Source: an uncultured Gammaproteobacteria bacterium
Lineage (GTDB): Bacteria; Pseudomonadota; Gammaproteobacteria; UBA9214
Assembly (NCBI GenBank): GCA_963748215.1
Contig: CAVVHS010000006.1
Coordinates: 224,001-288,000 of the forward strand
DNA length: 64,000 nt
Direction: 5' to 3'
A program made the translations under genes and the position numbers. The notes beneath the pieces are model-generated. The model was not told where the DNA came from, searched no databases, and saw only the letters and a list, made by a program, of their open reading frames with translations. This document shows, piece by piece, positions 26,428 to 36,531 of the stretch (position 1 is the first letter of the stretch; every line of letters starts with the position of its first letter).

Positions 26428-27471
26428 ATGACTGACGACTGGCTCGAACTTGCCGTGCATGGCCTGGCATACGCCGGCGGCATGCCACCGGCATGCGGTG
26501 TGCTGCGCCGGCAGCCGGACGATTTCCGTGTGACCGAGCTGCCATCGGTCGAGCCGGGCGGCAGTGGCGAGCATGTCTGGCTGTGGATCCGCAAGCGCAG
26601 CGAGAATACCGATCATGTCGCCATGCTGCTGTCCAGACTCGCTGGTGTGCATCCGCGCAACATCGGCTATGCCGGCCAGAAGGACCGCCATGCCGTCACC
26701 GAGCAGTGGTTCTCGGTGCACCTGCCGGGACGGGCGGAGCCTGACTGGCAGGGACTGGACTCCGACACGATTACCGTGCTGCGCCACGCACGCCACGGGC
26801 GCAAACTGCAGCGCGGTACCCTGAGCGGCAACGAATTCGTGATTACCGTGCGCGATATAGCCGGTTCCTGTGCGGAACTCGAAGAGCGGCTGCAACGGGT
26901 CGGGTCACAGGGTGTGCCGAACTATTTCGGAGCGCAGCGCTTCGGCAACGGTGGTGGCAACCTGCGCACGGCCACGCAGCTGTTCGCCAATCCACGCATG
27001 AAACTCTCGCGCAACCGCCGCAGCATGGCGCTGTCGGCGGCGCGCTCCCTGCTGTTCAACCGGGTATTGTCACGGCGTGTCAGCGACGGCAGCTGGAACG
27101 CTGTCCTGCCCGGCGATGCCATGCAGCTGGCCGGCAGTCACAGTTTCTTCGTGGTGGACACCGTCGATGCGGAGCTGCTGCAACGTCTCGCCAGTCACGA
27201 TATCCACGCCACCGGGCCGCTTGCCGGCAGCGGCGACAGTCCGGTGCGTGATGCATGCCGGGTGCTGGAGGCGGAGGTGCTGGCCGAATTCGACTCACTG
27301 GCACACGGCCTCGCCACGGTTGGCCTGAAGCAGGAACGGCGTGCCCTGCGCCTGCCGGTTGCCGGACTGTGCTGGCAATGGCTGGATGAGACGACCCTGG
27401 AGCTGGCGTTCGGCCTGCCGGCGGGTTGCTACGCGACCAGCGTGCTGCGCGAGCTGGTGCGCGAAAAATAG
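26428..27471 (+). CDS. truD: tRNA pseudouridine(13) synthase
   Basis: DFRVTE, AGQKDRHAVTEQ, PNYFGAQRFG and LPAGCYATSVLREL. Confidence 0.96.
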   Translation: MTDDWLELAVHGLAYAGGMPPACGVLRRQPDDFRVTELPSVEPGGSGEHVWLWIRKRSENTDHVAMLLSRLAGVHPRNIGYAGQKDRHAVTEQWFSVHLPGRAEPDWQGLDSDTITVLRHARHGRKLQRGTLSGNEFVITVRDIAGSCAELEERLQRVGSQGVPNYFGAQRFGNGGGNLRTATQLFANPRMKLSRNRRSMALSAARSLLFNRVLSRRVSDGSWNAVLPGDAMQLAGSHSFFVVDTVDAELLQRLASHDIHATGPLAGSGDSPVRDACRVLEAEVLAEFDSLAHGLATVGLKQERRALRLPVAGLCWQWLDETTLELAFGLPAGCYATSVLRELVREK

Positions 27472-27527
27472 ATTCGCGCACAACTACTTTCTCTCTGCAA
27501 TCGTGCGCTCCTATAAAAATAGATACA

Positions 27528-27589
27528 AGGAGCGGATCTCATCCGCGATTTCCGGCCCGAATCCATCGCGCTTGAGAAGCGCTCCTACA
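27528..27589. repeat. REP doublet (GTAG-type, REPIN-like) between convergent truD and smr
   Basis: AGGAGCGGATCTCATCCGCGAT (27528-49) faces ATCGCGCTTGAGAAGCGCTCCTACA (27565-89); a near-identical pair recurs at 50911-50978. Confidence 0.85.
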
Positions 27590-27651
27590 CAAATTGATGT
27601 CCCAGTAGCGGACGTGGTTTGCGAAAGAATCGACCTCGTTGGATTGTGCGA

Positions 27652-28200
27652 TCAATCCCGCGGCGCGCTGCGCAACAGCACGTACAGCGCGCCGGTGCCG
27701 CCGTGCCGTGGCTGGGCCGAGCTGAAGGCCAGTACATCGTGGTGCTGGCGCAGCCAGCTGTTCACCCGGTTTTTCAGTACCGGTGCCGCGCCGCCCGAGC
27801 CGGCCCCCTTGCCGTGGATAATGCGCACGCTGCGGATATGCTGTTCGCTGCACAGCGCGATGAACTCGGTGAGTGCCTGGCGGGCGACGGCAATGGTCAT
27901 GCCATGCATGTCGAGCTCGGCGTTTGCCGCGAGCTGGCCGCGGCGCAGTCGCTGCAGCTGGCGCTGCTGCAGTCCTGGCCGAGTAAAGAACAGCGTTTCG
28001 TCCGGGCTGACCGTGCCGGCGTCATACGCGTCCGAAAAGGTGTCACCGGGGCGGTGCAGCTGTCCCGCGTGCCGGCGCGGCCGCGGTGGCTGCGCCTTGC
28101 GCGGATGCTCGACCTTGTCATGCGCGAGTTTCCTGACCATGCCGACCTGCTCTCGAAACAGGGCGATGTCCTCGGTGCTGGGTTTCTTGTTGCGCGTCAT
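27652..28200 (-). CDS. Smr/MutS2 C-terminal domain protein (SmrA/B-like)
   Basis: ELDMHGMT, IIHGKG, VLKNRVNSWL and HGGTGALYVLL. Confidence 0.93.
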   Translation of the reverse strand: MTRNKKPSTEDIALFREQVGMVRKLAHDKVEHPRKAQPPRPRRHAGQLHRPGDTFSDAYDAGTVSPDETLFFTRPGLQQRQLQRLRRGQLAANAELDMHGMTIAVARQALTEFIALCSEQHIRSVRIIHGKGAGSGGAAPVLKNRVNSWLRQHHDVLAFSSAQPRHGGTGALYVLLRSAPRD

Positions 28201-28507
28201 GCCGGGTGGAAATCCATCAGGTCGGTACGGGCAACCGTAACTGTAAGCCAGCCAGCGTGCAATATGCGCGATTGCCTGTGTCCACCGGCTGCCAAAATCC
28301 TTATACTACCGGCCACTACATAACAATCAGGACACAGTCGCAGAACAATCATGGCCATGGCCGCACACGGGAACACACGTACCACAACGCCGGTCATGCC
28401 GCTCATCTTCGCCGTTCGCACGCCTGGCTGTTGCCGGGCAGTCCTGCAAACGACGCGCACCGGGCGGTACCGGTCGCGATGACCTGTGAACCGGCAGCGA
28501 TGTTGAC

Positions 28508-29251
28508 ATGCATATCCTGATCAGCAATGACGATGGTTACCAGTCCCGGGGCATCCGTGCACTGGCCGATGCGCTTGCGACCATTGCCTCAGTGCACGTC
28601 GTGGCGCCGGAGCGTGACCGCAGTGGCGCCAGCAACTCGCTGACCCTGGACAGTCCGATTCGCGCCCGTACCGGCGCGAACGGCTATACCTATGTCGATG
28701 GTACACCCACGGACTGCGTGCATCTTGCGATCACCGGCCTGCTCGAGAGGGAGCCTGATATGGTGGTGGCCGGGATCAATGCCGGGGCCAATCTTGGTGA
28801 TGACGTGCTGTATTCCGGCACCGTGGCCGCAGCCATGGAAGGCCGCTTCCTGGGATCGCCGGCGCTGGCGATCTCGCTGGCCGGAGACCAGCCCACCCAC
28901 TACGACACCGCTGCGCGTGTCGCGCTCGAGCTGGTGCAGCGCGTATCCTCCGGTGCGCTGCCGGCGGATACCATTCTCAATATCAACGTGCCGGACGTGG
29001 CCTGGGACCGGCTGCGCGGCATGCAGGCCACGCGACTCGGACATCGTCACAAGTCGGAACCGGTGGTAAAGATGAACGACCCGCGCGGGCGTACGGTGTA
29101 CTGGGTGGGCCCGGCCGGCAGCGAGCAGGATGCCGGGCCGGGCACGGACTTCCATGCCGTGCGCTCCGGCTACGTGTCCGTCACACCCCTGGATGTCGAC
29201 CTGACGCGCTACGCAGCCATGGACAAGCTGGCCAGCTGGCTGGCAGACTGA
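28508..29251 (+). CDS. surE: 5'/3'-nucleotidase SurE
   Basis: [24 protein letters not shown] and [11 protein letters not shown]. Confidence 0.97.
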   Translation: MHILISNDDGYQSRGIRALADALATIASVHVVAPERDRSGASNSLTLDSPIRARTGANGYTYVDGTPTDCVHLAITGLLEREPDMVVAGINAGANLGDDVLYSGTVAAAMEGRFLGSPALAISLAGDQPTHYDTAARVALELVQRVSSGALPADTILNINVPDVAWDRLRGMQATRLGHRHKSEPVVKMNDPRGRTVYWVGPAGSEQDAGPGTDFHAVRSGYVSVTPLDVDLTRYAAMDKLASWLAD

Positions 29252-29262
29252 GCAGCGCCGCG

Positions 29263-29922
29263 ATGATCAATCCGGATCGCGGCATCGGCATGACCTCGCA
29301 GCGCACCCGCGACCGCCTGGTCGAACGGCTGCGCGCGGAGGGCATCCGCAACGAACGCGTGCTGGAAGTGATTCGTGACACGCCGCGTCACCTGTTCGTG
29401 GACGAGGCACTGGCGAGCCGTGCCTACGAAGATACCGCCCTGCCGATCGGTTACAACCAGACCATTTCGCAGCCCTTCGTGGTCGCGGTCATGACGGACC
29501 TCGTCATTTGCAACGACCCGCAGACGGTGCTGGAGATCGGCACCGGCTCCGGCTACCAGGCCGCCGTGCTGGCCGCGCTGGTGCCAAAGGTCTACACGGT
29601 GGAGCGCATCGAGCCGCTGGCCCGGCAGGTGCGCCAGCGCTTTCGCAAGCTCGGCCTGCGCAATATCCGCGCCAGCTATTCCGACGGCACGGCGGGCCTG
29701 CCGGCATTTGCGCCCTATGATGCCATCATCACCACGGCTGCCGCGGAACAGATACCCCGTGCGCTGCTGGAGCAGCTGTCGCCCAAGGGCGGACGCCTGG
29801 TGATCCCGGTGGGCGGCCGCAACGGCCAGACCCTGACCCTGGTGACACGCCGCGGCGGGGGATTTGAACGGGAAGACCTCGATCCGGTAATCTTCGTACC
29901 ACTACTCGGCGGACAGGCCTGA
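29263..29922 (+). CDS. pcm: Protein-L-isoaspartate O-methyltransferase
   Basis: [19 protein letters not shown] and FVPL motifs. Confidence 0.96.
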   Translation: MINPDRGIGMTSQRTRDRLVERLRAEGIRNERVLEVIRDTPRHLFVDEALASRAYEDTALPIGYNQTISQPFVVAVMTDLVICNDPQTVLEIGTGSGYQAAVLAALVPKVYTVERIEPLARQVRQRFRKLGLRNIRASYSDGTAGLPAFAPYDAIITTAAAEQIPRALLEQLSPKGGRLVIPVGGRNGQTLTLVTRRGGGFEREDLDPVIFVPLLGGQA

Positions 29923-30500
29923 TGCGCATATTCACCTTGTTGTACGACAAAACGATGCAGTGGGCACGTCACCGCCATGCAGCCTGGTATCTCTCCGGGC
30001 TGAGTTTCGCCGAATCCTCGTTCTTTCCGATACCGCCGGACGTGATGCTCGCGCCGATGAGCATGGCGCGGCCACAGCACGCGTTGCGCTATGCCACGCT
30101 GACCACGGTCGCCTCCGTCGTTGGCGGTCTGTTCGGCTACCTGATCGGGGCGTATTTTTTCGAGCTGATCCAGCCCTGGCTGCAGGAGTCCGCCTACTGG
30201 GGAAAATACCAGCACGCACGCGAATGGTTCGAGCACTGGGGCTTCTGGGCCATCCTGGTCGCCGGTTTCTCGCCCATTCCGTACAAGGTGTTCACTATCG
30301 CCGCCGGCACGCTGGGCATGAACCTGCCACTGTTCGCACTCGGTTCGCTGATCGGTCGTGGCGGACGCTTTTTCCTGGTGTCCAGCCTGATGGCCTGGGG
30401 CGGACCGCGCATGGAGGCGAAACTGCGCCACTGGGTCGAATGGCTGGGCTGGCTGGTGGTCGTAATCGCCGTCGCCGCGTATTTCTATTTCAGAAACTGA
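29922..30500 (+). CDS. yqaA: YqaA/DedA-family membrane protein
   Basis: SFAESSFFPIPPD and FSPIPYKVFT motifs; pcm-nlpD synteny. Confidence 0.88.
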   Translation: MRIFTLLYDKTMQWARHRHAAWYLSGLSFAESSFFPIPPDVMLAPMSMARPQHALRYATLTTVASVVGGLFGYLIGAYFFELIQPWLQESAYWGKYQHAREWFEHWGFWAILVAGFSPIPYKVFTIAAGTLGMNLPLFALGSLIGRGGRFFLVSSLMAWGGPRMEAKLRHWVEWLGWLVVVIAVAAYFYFRN

Positions 30501-31363
30501 TGCCGTTGCGGAATTACATCCTGCCGTTCTGCCTGTTATCTGTTGTCCTGTCCGCCTGTAGCAATACCGCCAGGGCGCCAATCTATTCGCGCGGTACCAC
30601 GCCCGAGCCAGACGCCAGGATCATGCGGCATCCGGGCGCGACCATCCCGCAGCGCAACGCGCCCGCGGGCAGTTACGTGGTGCAACGCGGCGACACACTG
30701 TATTCGATTGCCTGGCAGCATGGTCTGAAAACGAAAGAGCTGGCGCAGCTCAACCGCATGCGTGCGCCCTATACCATTTATCCGGGGCAACGCCTGCAGG
30801 TCGGGGGCGGACAGGCGCAGCAGCAGGCCGCGGCACAGACTGCACCGCAGGCCGCACCGCTGGCACGCCGTGCGCCGCTCAAGGCAAAGCCGTTGCCGCA
30901 GCCGATAGCGGCGCCCGCGACCCCGGGACAGGAAAAACCGCCCAGTGCGCCCGTGCCGGCCACCGCCCGCCTCGCCGATCCACCTGACTATGACGGTAAG
31001 TGGCAGTGGCCCACGCGCGGCAAGCTGCTGCGCGGCTACAAGGAAAATGCCAATGGGAAAAAAGGCATAGATATCAGCGGGCACCACGGCCAGCCGGTCA
31101 GCGCCGCCGCCGGCGGGAAAGTGGTCTATACCGGCAGTGGACTTGTCGGCTATGGCAGGCTTATTATCATCAAACACAACGAAAGCCTGCTGAGTGCCTA
31201 CGGGCATAACAGCAAGCTGCTTGTTGCGGAAGGTGATCATGTCAGGGCGGGGCAGCTGATTGCAAAGATGGGCAGCAGCGGCACCAACCGCACTGCGCTC
31301 TATTTCGAGATCCGCAAGGACGGCAAACCGGTCGATCCCGTGCAATACCTGCCAAGACAATAA
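30500..31363 (+). CDS. nlpD: LysM/M23 lipoprotein NlpD
   Basis: Lipobox VLSAC, Lys[15 protein letters not shown]23 KGIDI..YGH..LYFEIR; directly upstream of rpoS. Confidence 0.92.
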   Translation: MPLRNYILPFCLLSVVLSACSNTARAPIYSRGTTPEPDARIMRHPGATIPQRNAPAGSYVVQRGDTLYSIAWQHGLKTKELAQLNRMRAPYTIYPGQRLQVGGGQAQQQAAAQTAPQAAPLARRAPLKAKPLPQPIAAPATPGQEKPPSAPVPATARLADPPDYDGKWQWPTRGKLLRGYKENANGKKGIDISGHHGQPVSAAAGGKVVYTGSGLVGYGRLIIIKHNESLLSAYGHNSKLLVAEGDHVRAGQLIAKMGSSGTNRTALYFEIRKDGKPVDPVQYLPRQ

Positions 31364-31427
31364 TCCTGACCGATCGCCCGGGTACCCGCACGCAGCGGGC
31401 CGACGGGGAGCAACAGATACGGCGGTA

Positions 31428-32381
31428 ATGCCAGTGGCAAGACACAAGGGCATTGACGACACGCAGGCCGACGACCCGAACGAGGCGGTCGACGGGCAGG
31501 GCATGCCGGAAGAACCGAAGCGTATTCCGGTCAAGCGTCATGCCAGCGACAGTCACGATCCCACCCGTCTGTATCTCAATGAGATCGGCGCCTCGCCGTT
31601 GCTGACAGCGGAGGAGGAGGTCAGTTTCTCGCGCCTGGCGCAACGCGGCGACGAGGCGGCGCGCAAGCGCATGATCGAAAGCAACCTGCGGCTGGTGGTC
31701 AAGATCGCGCGCCGCTACACCAATCGCGGGCTGGCGTTTCTCGACCTGATCGAGGAAGGCAATCTCGGTCTGATCCGCGCGGTGGAAAAATTCGATCCCG
31801 AGCGCGGCTTTCGTTTTTCCACCTACGCGACCTGGTGGATCCGCCAGACCATCGAGCGCGCCATCATGAACCAGACGCGCACCATTCGCCTGCCGATCCA
31901 TGTCATCAAGGAAATCAATACCTACCTGCGTGCCGCGCGCAGCCTGGCGCAGAAGCTCGACCACGAACCGAGCGCTGAGGAAATCGCAGACCTGCTGCAC
32001 AAGCCGATCGAGGATGTCGAGAACATGCTGGGTCTCAATGAACGCATCGCCTCGACCGACAGCAGTATTCTCAACGACCCGTCCCGAACGCTGATCGACA
32101 CCATCGCCGACGATCATGCGGCTGACCCGTCGGACTCGATCGCCGACGAGGATATCCACGTCAATATCGAGGACTGCATGGCGCAGCTCAGCGACAAGCA
32201 GCGCGAGGTGGTGGAACGCCGCTTCGGACTGCATGGCTACTCGGTCTCCACCCTGGAAGAGGTCGGTGCGGAGATCGGCGTCACGCGCGAGCGCGTGAGG
32301 CAGATCCAGATGGATGCGCTCAAGAAACTCAAGAAGATACTCGAGCAGGAAGGGATCTCGTTCGAGTCGCTGCTGAAATAA
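31428..32381 (+). CDS. rpoS: RNA polymerase sigma factor RpoS
   Basis: [44 protein letters not shown] and TRERVRQIQ. Confidence 0.96.
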   Translation: MPVARHKGIDDTQADDPNEAVDGQGMPEEPKRIPVKRHASDSHDPTRLYLNEIGASPLLTAEEEVSFSRLAQRGDEAARKRMIESNLRLVVKIARRYTNRGLAFLDLIEEGNLGLIRAVEKFDPERGFRFSTYATWWIRQTIERAIMNQTRTIRLPIHVIKEINTYLRAARSLAQKLDHEPSAEEIADLLHKPIEDVENMLGLNERIASTDSSILNDPSRTLIDTIADDHAADPSDSIADEDIHVNIEDCMAQLSDKQREVVERRFGLHGYSVSTLEEVGAEIGVTRERVRQIQMDALKKLKKILEQEGISFESLLK

Positions 32382-32677
32382 TCGTCCCGCGCCGGGACGC
32401 GACGGCGCAAGGAAAAAACGAGAAGTCAAAGTGTTCTCCGAGTCATGAACCGGCGCATTTTCGATGGAAATGATCACCCGTGCCGCGATGCACAGAGCTC
32501 ATGAAACTACGGATATGCAAGGTGTTTGCGGATCTGTCTGCTCCGCCTGGCAGTCGTTATGTCTTTCTGCAGTGCAGTAATTCAGGATTTCAGGAAATGT
32601 GAGCCACAATTCGCTCATCGCATTAACGAGGCCTGCCGGGCGGAAAATCCTGTCACGCCTGCTGCCTGGACAAAAGA

Positions 32678-33145
32678 ATGACACGCAATAGGGGGGATGT
32701 TATCAACGATGAGGCCGGTGGTGGTGTTCACTGGAGTTTCTGGGCAATCGGCGCTGTCGCGCTGGTCTGGAATGTAATGGGCGTCATGAATTATTTCGTA
32801 CAGATGAATCCGGACGCACTCGCCTCCTTTCCCGAGACGCATCGCGCGATCATCGAAGGTCGACCCGCATGGGCCACGGGAGGTTTTGCGATAGCCGTTT
32901 TCGGCGGCGTGCTTGGCTGCCTTCTGCTTCTGCTCAGAAAGTCGATCGCATATTATTTGTTTGTCGCATCGCTGCTTGGCGTGATTGTGACAATGATCCA
33001 TACCCTTGGCGTTGCCCGTTCGGCCATCGACTTCGGTCCCTTCGAGATATTCATGATGATCCTGATGCCGCTGATTGTGGCGGCATTTTTAATCTGGTAT
33101 TCGAGGCTGGCCGGGAGCAAGGGCTGGCTCAGTCGGGAACGGTAG
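32678..33145 (+). CDS. Uncharacterised membrane protein with about 4 TM helices
   Basis: Four hydrophobic segments, RPAWA motif, lower GC than core genes; start uncertain. Confidence 0.75.
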   Translation: MTRNRGDVINDEAGGGVHWSFWAIGAVALVWNVMGVMNYFVQMNPDALASFPETHRAIIEGRPAWATGGFAIAVFGGVLGCLLLLLRKSIAYYLFVASLLGVIVTMIHTLGVARSAIDFGPFEIFMMILMPLIVAAFLIWYSRLAGSKGWLSRER

Positions 33146-33295
33146 ATGCCGGGTCAGGACAGGCATGGCAAGTCGATCCGGCTGGCAGTCAACAGCATCG
33201 TGATTTTACAGGGCTGTACGATGGATATTTTTCGCCTGCAGTCGGTCACAGGTGTTATGCGGCAAGGATTGCAAACCAAAGAGAGGACAGCCCTG

Positions 33296-33331
33296 ATGGC
33301 TTATATTGACGGATTTGTTGCAGCTTTTTAG
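33296..33331 (+). pseudogene. 5' remnant of a DUF1428 (YbaA-like) gene
   Basis: GAGG RBS then [11 protein letters not shown]-stop; YxDGFV is the typical DUF1428 N-terminus (from memory). Confidence 0.6.
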
Positions 33332-33368
33332 TGATATATTGATCTGCCTGAGAGACTGGAGAACGTTC

Positions 33369-34043
33369 GTGGATATCAGCTTGACACCCCATGAGGCCCG
33401 CGTGATCGGTTGCCTGCTTGAAAAGCAGCGCACCACCCCGGAACAGTACCCGCTATCGCTCAATGCACTCACCAGTGCCTGCAACCAGAAGACCAATCGC
33501 GACCCGGTGCTGCAGCTCGACGAGACGACGGTGCAGGACACTATCGACATCCTGATCAAGAAACACTATGTCAGCGAGAAGAGCGGTTTCGGCAGTCGCG
33601 TCACCAAGTATCAGCACCGGTTCTGCAATACCGAGTTCGGTACGCTGAAGTTCTCCGAGCAGGAGCTCGGCGTCGTGTGTGTGCTGTTGTTGCGCGGGCC
33701 CCAGACGCCGGGCGAACTGCGCACTCGCGCCGAACGGTTGTGCAAATTCCAGGACATTCACGAGGTCGAGTCTGTGCTCGATCAGCTCATGCGGCGGGGC
33801 GATGGCCCCTTCGTGGTACAGCTTCCCCGCGAACCGGGAAAGCGTGAGGCCCGCTTTGTGCACCTGTTTGGCGGTGAGCCGGATATTCGCGAGGCTGTGG
33901 CGCCTGGCGGTGCGGGGACGGCCGGGACCAGCATGGAGGCTGACCGCGTGGAACGGCTTGAGCAGCAGTTCGATGCGTTGCGCGACGAGGTGGCAGCGCT
34001 CAAGGCGCGGCTTGAACGGCTTTCGCCTGATCCCGATGTGTGA
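33369..34043 (+). CDS. yceH: YceH/DUF480 family protein
   Basis: [34 protein letters not shown] and [13 protein letters not shown]; GGAG RBS plus GTG. Confidence 0.9.
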   Translation: MDISLTPHEARVIGCLLEKQRTTPEQYPLSLNALTSACNQKTNRDPVLQLDETTVQDTIDILIKKHYVSEKSGFGSRVTKYQHRFCNTEFGTLKFSEQELGVVCVLLLRGPQTPGELRTRAERLCKFQDIHEVESVLDQLMRRGDGPFVVQLPREPGKREARFVHLFGGEPDIREAVAPGGAGTAGTSMEADRVERLEQQFDALRDEVAALKARLERLSPDPDV

Positions 34044-34173
34044 GAACAAGCCGCGGCAGGGTTGAGTTATCACGGGTTTCGCTGCGCAAAACCGGCCAGG
34101 CCATGATGGAGAACAGGTTATTCCATGTTCCCTGTAGCAGTTTGTCAGCGGCGTGAAATATTTCAGGCTTTAT

Positions 34174-34887
34174 TTATGGCCTGGCGAATACCTGGGTCCA
34201 GTAAATCGGGTAATCGGAGCCGGTGACAAGGTAGCTCGCCGCGCCGAATTCCGTGTACGTCGAGCGCATGATGTTTATGCAATGGCCGGGGCTGTCGAGC
34301 CAGGCCGTCATCACCGCGGTGATATTCTGCTGGCCGGCGGCAATGTTCTCGCCCACGGCAGACCAGTTGTAGCCGGCGTTGCCGACCCGGTTGGCTACTG
34401 TCAAGCCATCCGATCCGGTATGGCTGAAGAAGTTGTAATCACCCATGTCGCGGCTGTGTCCATTGGCCACGTCCTCCAGCGTGCAATGCCAGCTCAACGC
34501 GGCCGTGGCCGGGTAGGTCACGCTGCCGCAATTTCGTGACATGGATCTGGCATCGTTCACTTGTGTCAGCATCTCCTTGTCTGTATCCGACATGCACTGG
34601 TTAATGACCGCCTGCGCTGTGCTGCCAAGATTATACGAGCTATTGCCACCGCTTGGCGGGGGCGCGGTGGGTGGGCTCGAGGATGCCGGTGGCGACTGAA
34701 TGGAACCCCCGGTATCCTGGGTGAGCGTGCTGCCTGACACCGTCGAGCCGGATGAACCGCCGCAGGCAGCAAGCAGCGCGGAGAGGGCGCAGATGCAAAG
34801 CATGGTCAGTGGTGTTCGTAATGACAGATACGACACACGCACCGGAGAGGTAACAAGACAGCTGGATTCCGGGAAGCGGATTTTCAT
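34174..34887 (-). CDS. CAP/SCP-domain lipoprotein (real start may be downstream, near 34803)
   Basis: Lipobox LAAC, Ser/Pro linker, FSHTGSDG, GENIAAG, WLDSPGHC and YWTQVF. Confidence 0.88.
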   Translation of the reverse strand: MKIRFPESSCLVTSPVRVSYLSLRTPLTMLCICALSALLAACGGSSGSTVSGSTLTQDTGGSIQSPPASSSPPTAPPPSGGNSSYNLGSTAQAVINQCMSDTDKEMLTQVNDARSMSRNCGSVTYPATAALSWHCTLEDVANGHSRDMGDYNFFSHTGSDGLTVANRVGNAGYNWSAVGENIAAGQQNITAVMTAWLDSPGHCINIMRSTYTEFGAASYLVTGSDYPIYWTQVFARP

Positions 34888-34962
34888 GGCGATTCACTTC
34901 ATGGCCTGGGTTAAGTGGAGCAGAAACAGTGCCTGCACTGTGTGATGTATTCCCCGATTTAA

Positions 34963-35127
34963 GGAAGCTCTGATTAATTCAATGCTCGTCATTCCGGCGC
35001 GAAGCCGGCCCCTGCGAAGGCTGGGGCCGGAATCCAGCAACAGCCTGAATTGTAACAGCTGGATTCCGGGTCTCTCCCCGGATCAAGTCCGGGGTTCGCC
35101 CGGAATGACGGATTAATCAGAGTTTCC
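34963..35127. mobile_element. 165-bp MITE with IS5-like ends carrying nested palindromes
   Basis: TIRs GGAAGCTCTGATTAAT / ATTAATCAGAGTTTCC (15/16 match) flanked by TTAA on both sides (34959-62, 35128-31); no coding capacity. Confidence 0.8.
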
Positions 35128-35250
35128 TTAAGAAATTCATGGCTGTTGCCTGATCTGGTATTGCATCCGGCGCCCTGGGTGAAAGTATGCAGTTCTGTAT
35201 GTTTTGCGGCCTGTTCCTTTTTTTCTTCATCTTTGTGCACAATATCAGGT

Positions 35251-35745
35251 TCAATGTGCGTTCTGGTTCATGCGGTCCACCAGTGCCATGCCGAGCGCGG
35301 ACAGCACGAAGGTCAGGTGAATGATCACGTACCACATCAGCTTGTCATTGCTGATGTTCTGCGCATTCATGAAGGCCTTCAGCAGATGGATGGAGGAGAT
35401 TGCGACGATCGAGGCGGCGACTTTCTGCTTGAGCGAGCCGGAGTCCAGTTTTCCCAGCCAGGAGAGTTTCTCGGTACCATCCGCAACATCGATGCGCGAG
35501 ACGAAGTTTTCGTAACCGCTCAGCATCACCATCACCAGCAGGCCGCCGACCAGCGCGATGTCCACCAGCGACAGCGTCACCAGCACCAGGTCAGCCTCCT
35601 TGAGCTCCAGCACGTGCGGCAGGGTGTGCAGTGCCTCCTGGAAAAATTTGATGCCGAGCAGCAGCAGGGCGATGCTCAGTCCCAGGTAGATCGGCGCCAG
35701 TATCCAGCGACTGGCGTACATGAGTCTTTCAAAAGTGCGTTCCAT
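35251..35745 (-). CDS. yqhA: UPF0114 / TIGR00645 membrane protein
   Basis: [20 protein letters not shown] and [15 protein letters not shown]. Confidence 0.88.
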   Translation of the reverse strand: MERTFERLMYASRWILAPIYLGLSIALLLLGIKFFQEALHTLPHVLELKEADLVLVTLSLVDIALVGGLLVMVMLSGYENFVSRIDVADGTEKLSWLGKLDSGSLKQKVAASIVAISSIHLLKAFMNAQNISNDKLMWYVIIHLTFVLSALGMALVDRMNQNAH

Positions 35746-35933
35746 GATGATGGTCCGGTGTTGCCCTAAAGGGCGTTATTGTAGAGGAAACCTTGCGGCG
35801 TGCTATCGGGTGCACGTCGCGGGGGCAGCGCCGATTGAGCTTGCCTGGTACGTTATTCAAGGCACTCTCACCGGGAATTCAATCGACGCGGACATCTTGT
35901 TGCAGTTCGCGGGCTTGCCGCATCCTGCCTCCG

Positions 35934-36299
35934 CTATCCCTGCAGCAGCGCCAGCAATACCTTGCGGTCTTCCGAGAGCAGTACGTTGAAGGTGCGGAGG
36001 GCGGCATCATTCGCCATGACCTCGATGCCGATGCCGCGGCGCTGGATACTGGCCAGCAGCCGTGGCGCCGGGAAGGCGATGGTCGTGCCGGTGCCGAGAA
36101 TGATAATGCCGGGCTGATGGGCGACGAGCAGCTCGAGGTGCCGCTCCTCCAGATCGGCGAGGCTGCCGGGCGGCCAGGCTTCGACACTCTCGGCCGTGAC
36201 CAGCACGCTGGTGCTGATGAGCCGGTCGTTGATGACGATGCCCTGCTCGCTGTAGTAGCGGATGCCGTTGCCGCCGCCGGTGTCCTGGTTGAAGCGCAT
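35934..36299 (-). CDS. Mth938-like (DUF498) protein
   Basis: IIILGTG and GIGIEVMANDAALRTFNVLLSEDRKV; divergent from alaC. Confidence 0.88.
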   Translation of the reverse strand: MRFNQDTGGGNGIRYYSEQGIVINDRLISTSVLVTAESVEAWPPGSLADLEERHLELLVAHQPGIIILGTGTTIAFPAPRLLASIQRRGIGIEVMANDAALRTFNVLLSEDRKVLLALLQG

Positions 36300-36328
36300 G
36301 CGGCAACGATAGCATGGTGGAATCACAT

Positions 36329-36433
36329 GGGGTCAGAGACAGTTGATTTGCAGTGGACGGGTGTCATTGAACGAGTCTCCAGCAAAATCAACTGACTCTG
36401 ACCCCGCGATGCCAAATCAATCGACTCTTACCC
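36329..36433. repeat. 21-bp inverted repeat (GGGGTCAGAG family) plus a degenerate third copy
   Basis: GGGGTCAGAGACAGTTGATTT (36329-49) versus AAATCAACTGACTCTGACCCC (36385-405), 20/21; AAATCAATCGACTCTTACCC at 36414-33. Confidence 0.8.
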
Positions 36434-36531
36434 TGGAACCTCTTGTTTCCCCACGCGCTTTTGAGTACCGTAGGCAGTCTCAAGAGAGTGCAGTAATTAC
36501 TTCATAAACAAGGAAATAACCGGTTACCAGC

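Noticed and set aside
28206-28520. ORFs in the smr-surE spacer (104 aa; also a 43-aa ORF at 28351-28482)
   Set aside because: No convincing RBS, atypical codon usage and no motif; more likely divergent promoter DNA.
35862-35875. TCTCACCGGG match to the 49650 MITE end
   Set aside because: Only 10 bp with no partner end or flanking repeat; compatible with chance.
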